Shown here: positions 11,001 through 23,502 of the stretch, piece after piece
Position numbering within the stretch: position 1 is the stretch's first letter
Layout of the letters: each line of letters starts with the position of its first letter
Virus record (IMG/VR): IMGVR_UViG_3300031555_005217
Span: 7,047 to 71,046 of that record
DNA length: 64,000 nucleotides
Direction: 5' to 3' (one strand)
Source: a virus
Taxonomy: Duplodnaviria > Heunggongvirae > Uroviricota > Caudoviricetes
Program-made: the position numbers and the translations under genes
Notes under the pieces: model-generated
What the model was told of the DNA's origin: nothing
The model's input: only the letters and a program-made list of their open reading frames with translations
Databases searched by the model: none

Positions 11001-11638
11001 GCAAATATTTCATCAGGCATGTGCATAACTGCTCTATCGTATTGAAGTGTTACTGAAATTTGTCTTGCACCTGATGCCTCTACATCAAATGGACTTTCAC
11101 TAATACTTGAAATCCAACAACCAATTAATTTCCAATATCTAATTTGTTTATGATCTGGAGTATATTCAATTAATGTACAATCATGTTTATATCCTTTATG
11201 TACTACTCCATTTTCATCTGTTCAAGTTCCTGCACGTCCTTGAGTATCTGTTATAACATCATAAGCTAATGCTTGTCATGCCATTAAAACGTTTTTAGTT
11301 TCTAATCCTACAAAATCTTGGAAATCTAATGTTCCTGATTGCCATGTTGGTACATCTGCAAATTTAACAACTGAATTTCCACGTTTAACTTCAATTTGTC
11401 CTAAATCAAAATGAGGAACAAATGATTTGTTAACACTTAGTTTAATAATATCTTGAGCTGTTCTTCCTGTATTTTTACCTGTTACATACTCATTATCTTC
11501 ATTTTCACCTGTATAAGCAAATTGTGGATATACTAAATCTCCTAAATCTTCAATTAATAATGTGAAGAAATTACTTCTTGCTGACTCATAATCCTGAATA
11601 TTTTGACTAATATGATAAGTTCCTAATCTCTCTGACAT
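10988..11638 (-). CDS. Tail tube protein (T4 gp19-like), 216 aa, 2 TGA
   Basis: IEVKRGNSVVKFA.VPTW, LMA-W-QAL, YWKLIGCWISSIS and VTLQYDRA motifs; continues past TGA 11276 to TAA 10988. Confidence 0.85.
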
Positions 11639-11656
11639 TTTTACTTACCTCCTTTA

Positions 11657-13051
11657 CTATTCAATAACCTCAATTGAATCTGTGAATTCAATTGTGAAAT
11701 CGAAATCTTCTACTGCTTCAATTGGTGCAATTGTAACTCTTGCTGATAAAACTGCTTTTTTACTTGTAGGAATTTTAGTTATTTTATATCCTCTAATTCC
11801 TTGATTTGCTTTCATTGTTTCTAATAAAGGTTCAACATCATTTTTAAAATTAAACCATAATGTATCTGAATTAGGTTCAAATGTTCTAGTTCTAGATGCT
11901 CTATATAATGTTTTCTTTAAACTACAAGCTAATAATCTAATATTTAAGAAATCAGAAGCAATTAATTGAACATCTCCTCCTGATTTAGGAGCACTTAATG
12001 GATGCATTGTTCTATTTCCCCAAATAACATTTCCATAAGGTTTGACATTTGCTATAACATTTGTAGCAATATGATTTTCTCCTGAAGTTTTTCCATTAAT
12101 TGTTTGAGTAGTTCTTGGTTGGAAAATATTAATAGCAGCATCTCCATATTCTTCACTTAATTGAATAGGTGCTAAAGGTGATATTCCTCTAACTGAACCT
12201 GCTATTGCAAATCATTCAGGAGTTCCTTTTCCAACAGAACTTGAATAAGCTACTAAGTAATTTAAGCTAGCAGGGAATAATTTATTTACTGCTTTTCCAT
12301 TATAATCTTTTATACTTGAAGATTGAAACATTGGAGCAAATACTGCTGCATAATTTCCTGCTTTTTCTGTTGTTCGCGCAAATGTTACACCTGTTCTAGT
12401 TACATCATTTTTAGCTGATGTTAAATTATAATTTACTGTATTATCAACTGCTTCAGCTAATTTTTTATTATTAGCATAAGTTATTGTTGCATCACTTTTA
12501 GTTCATACTTTTAATGTATTTCCATCTTCATCTTCTGTGTCAACGAATGAATAATTTCTATAATCTGAACTAGTTGATAATATCGCAACAGAATCTCCTC
12601 TTTCAGCGGCACATTCAATTGCTGCATTTGACATATTTATATTATCAATAACACCTGTAGTTATAAATAATAAATCATATAATCCTTTATCCTTATAATC
12701 TTCGTATAAGTCTGAACATTGTGTAGCGTTTAACTTTTCTGCTTCCTCTATATCAGTGTAAGCACCAAAATATTGTACAGGTAATCCTTGATTTAAAAGT
12801 GTTAATACATATGTTATAGAATCATCTTCTAATAATGTTGTAATATCACTTGAAGCGTCTTCAATTGAATCGATAATTGAATCGACTTTATCTGTAAAAT
12901 CCTTTTTATTTGTATAGAAACCATCTAAAGTAATCTTAGAATCATCTTTAGTTGCTTCTACTTTAATACCTGGAACTAATACAGTATTTTCAACATAAGA
13001 ATAACTACCAGAACCCGTATTATCAATTTCTCTAATTGTAATTGTTGGCAT
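11657..13051 (-). CDS. Tail sheath protein (464 aa, 2 TGA)
   Basis: PE-W-FAIAGSVRG (TGA 12212-12214), GNVIWGNRT and LNIRLL sheath motifs; track ORFs 12503..13051 and 11657..12007 share the frame. Confidence 0.9.
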
Positions 13052-13091
13052 ACTACATTCTCCTTTTTATTAATAATTAATTTTATCATAT

Positions 13092-13099
13092 AATTTAGC
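13092..13099 (-). promoter_or_regulatory. GCTAAATT late-promoter-like motif
   Basis: About 40 nt upstream of the sheath ATG. Confidence 0.6.
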
Positions 13100-13107
13100 T
13101 TAGAAAT

Positions 13108-13707
13108 TTATAATTTATTTTTAATAATACCTTCAACATCTTCTATTCTCTTATTTTGTAAAATTGGAATACTATAAATAAAAGCATCTTCTACTGTAAA
13201 GTTTAAAGTTCATCTAGTAAATTGGTCTGAAAATAATTTTTCAGCTATATCACTGTTATCTGATATTGTAGGATTTAATCTTATATAACAAGTGTGATTT
13301 ATAGAAGAATTATTATAAGGAATTTCAATTTTCATATCAGGACTATTTATTAAATTAAAAATAAAATTTCTTAAATATTCATCTCCCTCTATAAATTTTT
13401 GTGTATAAATATCTAATTGATAAGATATTTGAATAGGAATAGCATCTAATTGTTTTGTTTTTTCTTCATTGTACTCTACTTTCTTTCCATCGCAAGATAA
13501 ACTTCTTTTAGTAGGAATTGAAAGATTTATATTTGTATCTCTAGAAATTGCTATTAAAGGTAATGTTAAAGGCTTATCATTATTTTGATCCGCAGTAATT
13601 TGAAATAATCGATTTACTTCATTAGGTTTTAAAATAACCATATTAGGATCAGCAATTCATTTTTTAATTTTATTAACTACTGCTTCATCATAAAATCTTA
13701 TACTCAT
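13108..13707 (-). CDS. Tail completion / sheath terminator (gp15-like), 2 TGA
   Basis: ATG 13707; LPLIAISR...IPIQISYQLDIYT; extends both ways from track ORF 13210..13641. Confidence 0.6.
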
Positions 13708-14111
13708 TTTAATATTTTCTCCTTTTCATTATATAAATGATTTAAGAACACTAAAGTATTTTCAATAATTTCATAGAATAAATTAGTTCCTTTTAAACTT
13801 AAATTTCCTTTATTTATTAGGTTATAGATAGTAATTAAATCTAAATTTTTATAATAATTATTTTTTAAATTTAAAGTTTTTGTTTCTAAGTCTAAATAAA
13901 AATTATTTAATATTATATCTATTATATTATATATATTAATATCGAAATTAAAATGATCTGCTATCTTATTTAATCTGTTTCTTATTGTAACATTTTTTTT
14001 ATCTTTACTTCTTTTAATTATTTGAAAATATTTTTTTGAAAAGAATTTTAAATGTGTTGACATTTTATCATAATTATATTCTGTCATGTATGGAATATCG
14101 ACTAAAATCAT
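13698..14111 (-). CDS. Hypothetical protein (late-module)
   Basis: GAAAGGAG SD before ATG 14111; ends TGA-GTA-TAA, overlapping the next ATG. Confidence 0.55.
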
Positions 14112-14136
14112 TTTAAAATCTCCTTTCAATATATCT

Positions 14137-14144
14137 AATTTAGC
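14137..14144 (-). promoter_or_regulatory. GCTAAATT late-promoter-like motif at the divergence point
   Basis: About 25 nt upstream of ATG 14111; divergent from the plus-strand unit starting at 14216. Confidence 0.6.
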
Positions 14145-14215
14145 TGAAATTTAAAGTTTTCAAAATGTATATATTTATATATATAATTATTTTAAAGAAA
14201 GGATAATTTTTATTT

Positions 14216-15250
14216 ATGCAAGAACAAAAAAAGAAAAAATTTTCTTATTCTAAATTAGATACTTTTAAACAATGTGCTTGAAAATATAAATTAATATATG
14301 AAGATCATAATTTCATAAGTAAAGGTTCAATTGCTACAGAATTTGGTACTTTAATTCATTATATAGAAGAAACGATGGCTAATAAAATAATAAATTATGA
14401 GTTATTAAATTATGAAGAATTAAAAAATTTAACTTTAAATATAAACATTTTAGATGAAAAAGAAACTGTTTTAGGAGCAAATATTTTAAAAAATAAATAT
14501 CCTAAAGAATGGTTTGAATTAGATAAAAATGGTAAAAATTATGAAGATAAGTTAAATGATTATTTAAATAAAGGTATTTATAGATTACGTGACTATTTAA
14601 TTAGTAATCCTGATTTTGAAATTTTAGGAATTGAAGATGAATTTAATATAGAATTAAACGGTTATATTTTTCACGGATTTATAGATAGAGCTTTTAGAAA
14701 TGTTGTAACAGGAGAAGTATTTATTGAAGATATTAAAACTTGGACAAAAGATTTGGATAAAGATGTATTAACAACTCCTCTTCAATTAGTTATTTATTCT
14801 TTAGCTGCTAAAGAATTATATGGAGTAGATGAATCTTTAATTCATTGTTCTTATGAACTTCCTTTATGGGATAAACGATATTCTGCAGGAACAAAAGGAT
14901 TTATTAATAGAGGACTTAAAAAGATAACATCCTTATTAGAAGAAATTGAAGAAGAAAAATTTGAACCTAATCCTACTCCTTTATGTCATTGGTGTGACTT
15001 CTGCAATACAAATCCTAATCAACCTGAAGAAGGAAAAAATTTATGTCCTTATTTTTGTAAATGGACTAGAGAAACTAAAGATTTTAGTGTGGAATATGAA
15101 TGGTTAGGTATCGAAAATCATGAGAAAATATTAGAAGCATTTAATAATAAAAATGTAAAAGAAAACAAAGCTGAAATTAGAATAGAAAAAATATTACCTA
15201 AATTAAATGAAAATATTACTTCAAAAAGAATTTTTATTTTAAGAAAATAA
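14216..15250 (+). CDS. PD-(D/E)XK nuclease (RecB/Cas4-like exonuclease), 1 TGA at codon 22
   Basis: FSYSKLDTFKQCA-W-KYKL, GTLIH, GFIDR, IEDIKT, QLVIYSLA and C-terminal CHWCDFC. Confidence 0.85.
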
Positions 15251-15261
15251 GAGGTATAAAA

Positions 15262-15747
15262 ATGAAATTTATTGAAAAATTAAAAATTTACAAAAATAAA
15301 AAATTATGTAGAAAATATCCTTTTTTAATACCTAGAAATGTTTGAACAGGTGAAATCTCAGAGAATTATAATTTTGAAGATACTTATAATGACTGATTAG
15401 CTCCTGGTTGAAGAAAAGCTTTCGGAAAGAAATTATGAAAAGAATTATCTATAGTTTTAAAAGAACATAATTATGAAAATGAGTTTTATTTTACTCAAAT
15501 AAAAGAAAAATGAGGAGAATTAACAATGTATTTTTGTTCTCTTCCTGAAGATATATATGACAATATTTCTAAAATAATTACTAAATACGAAAACCTATCT
15601 AGAGAATATTGTTATATATGTGGTAGAAAAACTAAATATTATACTGTAGGATGAATTACATATATTTGTAAAAAATGTGCTAAAAAATTTAAAAATTCAT
15701 CTGCTATAAAGAAAATTGGAGGAATTGATGATGAAAAAGATTTTTAA
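15262..15747 (+). CDS. Conserved phage hypothetical protein with QIKEK-W-G motif and C-terminal Zn finger; 6 TGA
   Basis: GAGGT SD; reads ...GWRKAFG...QIKEKWGELTMY...CYICG...WITYICKKC; invisible to the code-11 track. Confidence 0.75.
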
Positions 15748-16207
15748 GTTATTTTTAGGAATATTATATTGGATTGTACAATTAACTTGAGGATCATTAA
15801 TGACTATTGTTGGATTATTAGTTACAGGTTTCTGTATTATATTTTTAAAAGGTACTCCTCACAGAAATGGTTTTTCTTATATTGTAGAAATAGGTGGAAA
15901 CTGGGGTGGACTTGACTTAGGTGCAGTTGCCTTATGTGGAAGATATAATACTAAAGGTCATAAAGCATATAGTCCAAATTGATTCCAAGAAACTAGAAAA
16001 CATGAATTTGGTCATAGTTTACAAAATTTAATTTTTGGTCCTTTTACATTATTTGTTGTAGGTTTACCAAGTACTTTTAGGTATTGGTATCAAAGAATTA
16101 TGAAGAAAAAAGGAAAAAGATTTCCTTCTGATTGGTATGACAGTATTTGATTTGAAGGAACTGCGACTACTTGAGGAGAAAAAGTAGTTACATGAATTGA
16201 AAATTAA
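15731..16207 (+). CDS. Membrane protein with HExGH zincin-like motif; 5 TGA
   Basis: Hydrophobic N-terminus, RKHEFGHSLQ, GPFTLFVVGLPS, WFEGTATTWG. Confidence 0.7.
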
Positions 16208-16220
16208 ACTTAATTAGATA

Positions 16221-16246
16221 AAATAGGTTGAGTTATCAACCTATTT
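16221..16246 (+). terminator. Intrinsic terminator
   Basis: AAATAGGTTGA-gtta-TCAACCTATTT followed by Ts. Confidence 0.75.
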
Positions 16247-16300
16247 TTTATTGTATTATAATATGTATTTTTATAACTATTTAGTGAAAGGAGTTTATGC

Positions 16301-17335
16301 ATGAAATTTCTTATTTATGGAGATGTTCATTTTAGTACTTATTCTTCAATTATTAGAAGCAAAGGAGAGAAGTATTCTAAAAGACTTGAAAATTTAATTA
16401 AAAGTATAAATTGAGCTGAGGATTTAGCAATTAAACATAATTGTGATGAAATAATTTCTTTAGGTGATTTTTTCGATAAACCAGACTTAAATAGTGAAGA
16501 ATTAACTGCTTTAACTGAAATTAAATGGGCTGATATTCCTCATTCAGTTATTGTTGGAAATCATGAATCTCCACATAAAGCTTTAAAATATAATAGTGTA
16601 AATGCTTTATATAACTTAGGGTTCAACATAATATCAGAAGTTTCTTTTAGAAATTTAGAAGATTGTTCTCTATATTTTTTACCTTATATCTTAGAAGAAG
16701 ATAGAAAATGTTTAAGTGAATATATTAAATTAAATATTAATTCTAAGGATAGAAAAATATTTTTTAGTCATAATGATATTAAAGCTCAATTTGGACAATT
16801 TTTATCAAAAGAAGGGTTTGAAATAGAAGATATTGAACAGAATAGTTCTTTATTTTTAAATGGCCACCTTCACAATGGTAGTTCATTTTGTCGTAATGGA
16901 TTTAACCTAGGTAATTTAACAGGCCAAAATTTTGGAGAAGATGCATATAAATATTCACATAATATTTATATACTAGATACTGAAAACTCGAGTTTAGAGT
17001 CTTATGAAAATCCTTATGCTTTTAATTTCTATCAAATCGATTTTAAAGCTAATTCAAATTTTTCTGAGTTAACTACATTAAAAGAAAATTCAGTTGTTAG
17101 TTTAAAATGTTTTAGAAATGATTTAGATAGATTAAAATCAATTTTAAAAGATTGTAAAAATATTACAGAATCTAGAATTATAGTAAAAAAAGAATTTTCA
17201 GATATGGAAGAATTAGATTCCACATTAGAAAAATTTAATAGTATTGATTACTTATCTCAATTTAAAATTTTTGTTCAAAATAAATTAGGAGTTCATCCAG
17301 TAATTGAGCAAGAATTAAATAGAATAATAAAATAA
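16301..17335 (+). CDS. sbcD: SbcD/Mre11 (gp47-like) metallophosphoesterase nuclease, 1 TGA at codon 38
   Basis: GDVH, GDFFD, VGNHE, FSHND and NGHLH motifs; adjacent to SbcC; missing from the track. Confidence 0.85.
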
Positions 17336-17362
17336 ATATTTGAAAGGGAGGTTATAAAATCT

Positions 17363-17551
17363 ATGTATAAATACTTTTTATTATATTATATAAAAGATTT
17401 TGATGATAAGTTAGTAGGAGGTTTAAATAGTACCTCTATTAATTTATCTTATGAATTAAATAAAAGCAGTATTAGAAGACTTGAAAATTTTTTAAAGAAA
17501 AGTTTAAATGTAAAAAGAGTAACTATAGTAAATTATTCTAAAATAAATTAA
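17363..17551 (+). CDS. Small hypothetical protein
   Basis: GGGAGG SD, 62-aa ORF between sbcD and sbcC. Confidence 0.5.
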   Translation: MYKYFLLYYIKDFDDKLVGGLNSTSINLSYELNKSSIRRLENFLKKSLNVKRVTIVNYSKIN

Positions 17552-17568
17552 AGAAAGGAAATTTTAAT

Positions 17569-19635
17569 ATGAATATAAGCTTTGAAAAAGTTATAATACA
17601 TAACTTTCTTTCTTATGGACATACTGAAATAAACTTAAAAGATAAAGGATATTGTTTAGTTTCAGGTATTAATAATAATCCATTAGATAACGCATTATCC
17701 AATGGTGCAGGTAAATCAACTTGATCTTCAGCGATTTGTTGGGCTTTAACAGGTCAAACTATTCAAGGAATATCTAGTAATATAAAAAATATAAATATTG
17801 ATGAAAATTCTTGTTATGTTGAATTATATTTTTATATAGATAAAGATTATTATACAATAAAAAGATTCAAAGAACCTAAATCAGATTTAAAAATTTTTAT
17901 AAATAATGAAGAAAAATCAGGAAAAGGTATTAGAGAATCTGAAGCAATTTTAAATCAATATTTACCTGATTTAAGTTCTAATTTAATAGCATCTATAATC
18001 ATTTTAGGACAAGGATTACCTTGTAAATTTACCTCTAATTCACCTTCAGGAAGAAAAGAAGTCTTAGAAAAATTATCAAAATCTGATTTTATGATTCAAG
18101 ATATTAAAGAGCGTTTAAATAAAGTTATAAATGAGAATAATACTTCTTTAAGAGAAACTGAAGATGCATTATTAACTATAGAAACAAAATCTAAGATGCT
18201 AAAAACAGAGTTTGAAAGTAATGATTTAAAATTAAAAGAATTGAAAAAACCTCAAAATTTTGATTCTAATATTTTAAAGATAGAAAATAATATTGATGAT
18301 ATAAACAAATCGATTGTACAAGCTAATAGACAGCTTTCTGAAGCTGAAAATGAAATTACTTTATTAGATAAAGAGTTAAATACTATTTTAAATGATAAAA
18401 ATAACTTAATACAATCTGAAAATAATGAATTCAATAACTTTAAGAATGAGTATTTAAGTAGAAAGAATATTTTAACAACTGATTTTAATACTAAAAATAA
18501 TGAATTAAATTCTGAAATGAATGTAAATAAAAATAATTTAAGTATTGAATTCAATAAAAATAAATCTTTATTTGATATAGATATATTAAAACTAGAAAAA
18601 GAAATTAAGGAATTAAAATCTATAAAGGATATTTGTCCTACTTGTGGACAAAAACTTCCTAACATAGTAAAACCTGATACTTCTATTCAAGAAACCAAAT
18701 TATTAGAATTAAAAAATAGTTTAGTAAATTTAACTGAAAGTTATAATTTAAATTTAAAAAATACTAATTCAAAATATGTAACTCTTCAAACAGAGTTAAA
18801 AAATAATTATAATGTTTCTATTACAAATTTAGATTTGAAATATACAGAATGTTTAAAAGAGCATAATTTAATTTTAAATCAAATAGAAGATAAATATTCT
18901 GATACTATAAATAAATTGAATCAAAATATAAAAATTAAAAAAGATGTAAAAAGTAACTTAAATTTAGAAATTAAGAAAAATGAAGCTACTTTAATTATAT
19001 TAACTAATGAATTAAATAAAATAAAACTAAATAAAGAGACTTATGAACAAAAAATTAATGAAATTCAAAATCTATTATTATCTATAGATAATAATATTAA
19101 AAAATTAGATGAAGAAAAATTGTATTATATTAATAAGAAGTCTGATATCTCTGTAAAAATTGAAATTGATAATAAAATAAATACTTTAATTAAAAGAGAT
19201 TTTAGAGGATTCTTATTATCTAATGTTATTAATTTTATTGATAATAAGTGTAAAGAATATTGTGAAATTATTTTTGGAAATAATAATTTAGAATTTATTT
19301 TAAATGGTAATAATATTGAAATATCTTATCTAGGAAAATCTTTTGAGAATTTATCTGGTGGAGAAAAACAAAAAGTTGACTTAATTATTCAATTTTCTAT
19401 TCGAGATATGATGTCTCAATATTTAGATTTTAGTTCTAATATTTTAATTTTAGATGAAATCTTTGATCAATTAGATTCATTAGGATGCACAAATTTATTA
19501 AATCTTATTTCTAATAAACTTAATGACATTGAAAGTACTTTTATTATATCTCATAGAAGTAATGAATTAGCTATTCCTTATGATTGTGAGATGGTTATAG
19601 TAAAAGATGAAAATGGAATAAGTAGGGTGAGATAA
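17569..19635 (+). CDS. sbcC: SbcC/Rad50 (gp46-like) SMC ATPase, 1 TGA at codon 52
   Basis: Walker A NGAGKST immediately followed by TGA 17722; CPTC zinc hook; LSGGEKQK signature; ILILDE Walker B; IISH. Confidence 0.9.
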
Positions 19636-19640
19636 AAATT

Positions 19641-20522
19641 ATGGATACTTTCAAAAAACCTGAAGGTATGAAATACACTGATATGTGTATTTACATAGAT
19701 GCTAATATGCATAAAGTAGTAAATCCTAATGAATTTCCTCAAATAGAAGCAAATATTTATAAATATTTATATCTAATAGTAAAAGCTTTAGCTATTAAAC
19801 AGCATTTATTTAAAGATTGATCATATTATGATGATTTTGCTTTGTATTCAGCAGGAGATTTATTTATGACAATGCGTAAAAAGCATATAAATAAAGGTAA
19901 AATAATAAGAGGTAAATTAGTAGAACCTGTTAAATCTTGTTTAAACTTTATTAAGTCTGTTTTATATCCTTTAAAAGTTAATTTTGAAAAAAATAGATTT
20001 GATGAAGTTATAAATCCTGAAATTGATTCTAGATTTAATTCTGAAGCATTACAAGAATCAATGAGAACTCAAGTTAGATCTCAGTATATAACAAGTTTAG
20101 ATAAAGATCTAGAAGAAATTTTAAAAATATTTCCTAAAAAGATATATAATATGTTGAAAAAAGAAAGTCCTTTTAAAACAGATAAATTAATGCTTAAACG
20201 TATTTATATATCTTGTTTACTTAGTTTTATAAATAAATTAAGTTTACCTAACAAAGATAGAAAAAGAATAGAAGACAGAGAAAAATATCAAGAATATAAA
20301 AATGTCATATCTTTATATACTCAAAATGATTGAGAAATTTTACTCTGACATTTAGAACCTGGAATGGAAAATTATATTAGAATATTATTAGTTAAAATAC
20401 AAAGACTATTTACTGATGAATTAAATACAACCCGTTCTAGATTTGATCTAAGTGATGAAGTTATAGATGGAATTTTAAAAACTGCATTTAAAACTTATGA
20501 TAATAATCAAGGAGAATACTAG
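19641..20522 (+). CDS. Hypothetical protein, possibly a divergent phage sigma factor (gp55-like); 3 TGA
   Basis: One frame from ATG 19641 to TAG 20520 via TGA; helical, DWSYYDDFALY segment; adjacency to gp46/47-like genes recalls T4 gene 55. The sigma call is weak. Confidence 0.4.
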
Positions 20523-20524
20523 TT

Positions 20525-20926
20525 ATGGGAGTTAGACAAGAAAGAAGAGATTGAATAAATGAGAGATTAAATACATTAGAAAAAACTGATGTATATTCTC
20601 TTATGTTATTTGCGTTATATAAATTAAGGGATGTTCCAGAATATACAGCTTTAAGTGAATTATCTTATATTTTAGATGGATCTAATTTATCAAAATTCTT
20701 ATCTTTTTATGGAGGAATGACTCTAAAAATTCCTACTCTAAAAGATATGAGATTAATGATTCAAGCATTACTCTTATTTCAATTAGTTAATTTAGAAGAA
20801 ACTGAATTAGAAGATGCAATAAAAGTTATTTTAGATAAAAACAGAGAGTTTTCAAGAGATGAACTATTAAAAGCTTACGATACTATATTATTAGTTTCTT
20901 CTAAATATGATTTTAGGAGAAACTAA
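20525..20926 (+). CDS. Hypothetical protein, 1 TGA at codon 10
   Basis: ATG 20525 in frame with track ORF 20603..20926. Confidence 0.65.
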
Positions 20927-20928
20927 AA

Positions 20929-21201
20929 ATGCTTAACAAATTAAAAGAAAATTTAGTTATTATATCTAGAGACTTACATATGTATGATGTTGAAAGAGAA
21001 TCATTATTTACATACTGTATAAATAAAAAGTTAGAAGCAGCAATGCTAAAATATAAAGAAGATATTAATTTAGATGCTGAATGAGTTCTATTTAATAAAA
21101 ACGAACAAGTTTTAAGAGCGTTAACTCAAAATAAAAAATATAACGATAAAGAATTTTTAGATAATGTAATAAATAAAAAATTCAGAAGAGAGGTCGATTA
21201 A
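20929..21201 (+). CDS. Hypothetical protein, 1 TGA
   Basis: AGGAG SD; open under code 4 to TAA 21199. Confidence 0.6.
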
Positions 21202-21203
21202 AA

Positions 21204-21533
21204 ATGACTGATATAATAAAAGATGTTTCTATATTATCAACTATTCCAGAAAAGTATATAAATAAATTAATTCAACAAAAATTTATATATTGTATATGTG
21301 AGGCAATCCAGGAAGATATATTAGAAGGAAAAAATATGTCACAATTAGATATTGGATTAGGAACATTATATATTGGATATGAAGATAATGACATAAAATA
21401 TAAATTTGAACCTAATCAAACTTTAATTAAATCAGTAAATGCAACAATTCTCAATAAGAAAAACATTTTAGAAGATGTTTTAAATAATGCTTTAGCTAAA
21501 AAATTTATAGAAGTGTATAAAGATATATGTTAG
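21204..21533 (+). CDS. Hypothetical protein, weakly HU/IHF-like
   Basis: IQEDILEG...LDIGLGTLYI...YKFEPNQTL resembles the HU arm pattern. Confidence 0.4.
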   Translation: MTDIIKDVSILSTIPEKYINKLIQQKFIYCICEAIQEDILEGKNMSQLDIGLGTLYIGYEDNDIKYKFEPNQTLIKSVNATILNKKNILEDVLNNALAKKFIEVYKDIC

Positions 21534-22186
21534 AAAAGAGTGCACATAGTTTTATAGAAGAAGAAGATAGAGCAAGGTATTTAAAAGAAGCCTATGAAAG
21601 AGGCGAAGATTTGAATGAGCTCATCCTATCTCCTAAAGATGTTATTTTAGTTGAGAAAATAATTGCAGCTGATAGTAAAGATGAATTACAAGCACAATTT
21701 GATTTATTTAATATGAATCAAGCTAAAAAGAATGCTTTAAGAATTTTAAAATTAAGATCTTTATTAGATAAAGTTGAAGATCAAGCTATAGAAAGATTTG
21801 AAAAAAGACCTGATCAAGTATCAAATAGAGAGTTACTAGATTATATGCAGATAGTATCTTCACAAATTGAAAAATCTCAAAATGTAGTGGATTCTTTACA
21901 AGATAAACCTATGATAAGTGCTGTTCAAAATAATACTGAAGTAAATATTAATGTAAGTCCTACTTTAAATAGAGAAAGTAAGGAAAAAGTTATTGATGTT
22001 ATTCAAGCACTTTTAAAACAAACTTCTTCTAATTCATCTAATCCAGAATTAGTTGAAGAAGTTGAAATTGTAGAAGCTGAAGAAATTGAAGAAGTTATAG
22101 AAGAAGTAAAACCTTCAATTCCAAATGTTTTTAGTTCAGACTTAGATGAAGAAGATATAGATCCAGATTCTTTATTTAAAATTTAA
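21527..22186 (+). CDS. Coiled-coil protein with acidic tail (possible terminase small subunit)
   Basis: Helical core, NNTEVNINV segment and E/D-rich C-terminus; function is a guess. Confidence 0.35.
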   Translation: MLEKSAHSFIEEEDRARYLKEAYERGEDLNELILSPKDVILVEKIIAADSKDELQAQFDLFNMNQAKKNALRILKLRSLLDKVEDQAIERFEKRPDQVSNRELLDYMQIVSSQIEKSQNVVDSLQDKPMISAVQNNTEVNINVSPTLNRESKEKVIDVIQALLKQTSSNSSNPELVEEVEIVEAEEIEEVIEEVKPSIPNVFSSDLDEEDIDPDSLFKI

Positions 22187-22215
22187 TTGTATATTTACAA
22201 AAGGAGATTATAATA

Positions 22216-23409
22216 ATGAATGTAAATGAATTTTTCAAATATGTTGATAAATTTGAAGGTAATTATTCAGATGAAATTCTATTTGAGATATGTGATAAAG
22301 CTAAAAAAGAGACAGATCTTACATGAAAAGAACTTAATGATTACTTAAATATTAATAAATCAACTAATGCATTAAAAAAATGGTATTATAGAGCAAAAGA
22401 TAAAAATCAAAATAATATAAAAATAGTTAAAGATCAATCAACTGATATTCCTCAATATGATAACGAACAAGAATTTGTAGATCAATATAAAATAATTACT
22501 CAAAATAGAGATATTATGAATAGTTATAGAAAAATGATTAGAGAAACTTCTAGAATTGAAGCTTTAAGAGATTATATTAAAGAATGTGTTAATGAATTAC
22601 CAAAATTACCTAATTTTCCATATAGTATTAAAGTAAGAACTACTGGAACAGAAGCGGTAGCACTATTATCCGATTTACATATGGGTGTAAATTGTGATAA
22701 TTTCTATAATAAGTATAATTTAGAAGTGGCTATTGAAAGATTGAATAGGTGAACAGATAATGTATTGCATTATTGTGATATAATGAATGTGAAGAAATTA
22801 CATATCTTAAACTTAGGAGATATGATTCATGGATTAATTCATACTAGTGCTAGAGTAGAACAACAATTTGATGTGGTAAGTCAAATAATTAATGCTGCAG
22901 AATTAATAGCAAAAGCATTAAATAAATTATCACAAGCACCTATTGAAATATTATATAGAAGTTGTACCGATAATCATAGTAGAGCAGTTGCTGATTTACA
23001 TTCACATATTGAACAAGAAAATTTTCATAGATTAATTGATTGGTATTTAGAAGAAAGATTGGCAGGAACTTCTATTAAATTTGTTAATGATAACTTAGAT
23101 AAATCTATGGGATTATTTGAACTAGAGAATGGTAAGTTATTAGGGTTTGCTCATGGACATCATGATTCAATAAATGTTAGTTTCCAAAATTTTGTAGGAG
23201 CAACTAAAAAATTTGTTGATTATATTTGTTTAGGTCATTATCACTGTGAAAAAGTAAAATCTTTCCAAGGAAGTACAATTATTGTTAATGGATCAATTGT
23301 TGGTACTGAACAATATGCAAATAGTAAGAGATTATATAGTGATCCAAGTCAATTATTATTAATTTTTGATGGTAATAATAGATTAAATATTAGTATAAAT
23401 TTAAAGTAA
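22216..23409 (+). CDS. Phage calcineurin-like metallophosphoesterase with N-terminal helical domain, 2 TGA
   Basis: LSDLHMG, LGDMIHG, DNHSR, AHGHH and LGHYH motifs; joins track ORFs 22516..22752 and 22765..23409. Confidence 0.85.
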
Positions 23410-23419
23410 AAACTTAATT

Positions 23420-23443
23420 AAACTGCTATTAAATTAGCAGTTT
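23420..23443 (+). terminator. Intrinsic terminator
   Basis: AAACTGCTA-ttaaat-TAGCAGTTT followed by a T-tract. Confidence 0.7.
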
Positions 23444-23502
23444 TTCTTTTACTTTTAAATTGTATAATTATATATAATATAATTATGAAAGGATAAGATT
23501 AT

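Noticed and set aside
68-14111. Reading the many TGA-broken tail genes as pseudogenes of a decayed prophage
   Set aside because: The breaks are almost all TGA at conserved Trp positions, with frames preserved and no TAA/TAG interruptions. This indicates recoding, not decay.
14216-15250. Cas4 / CRISPR adaptation role for the PD-(D/E)XK nuclease
   Set aside because: No cas genes or array nearby; the recombination-gene context (SbcCD, RecA) fits a phage exonuclease.
17032-18665. Minus-strand ORFs 17032..17223 and 18252..18665
   Set aside because: Antisense to sbcD and sbcC.
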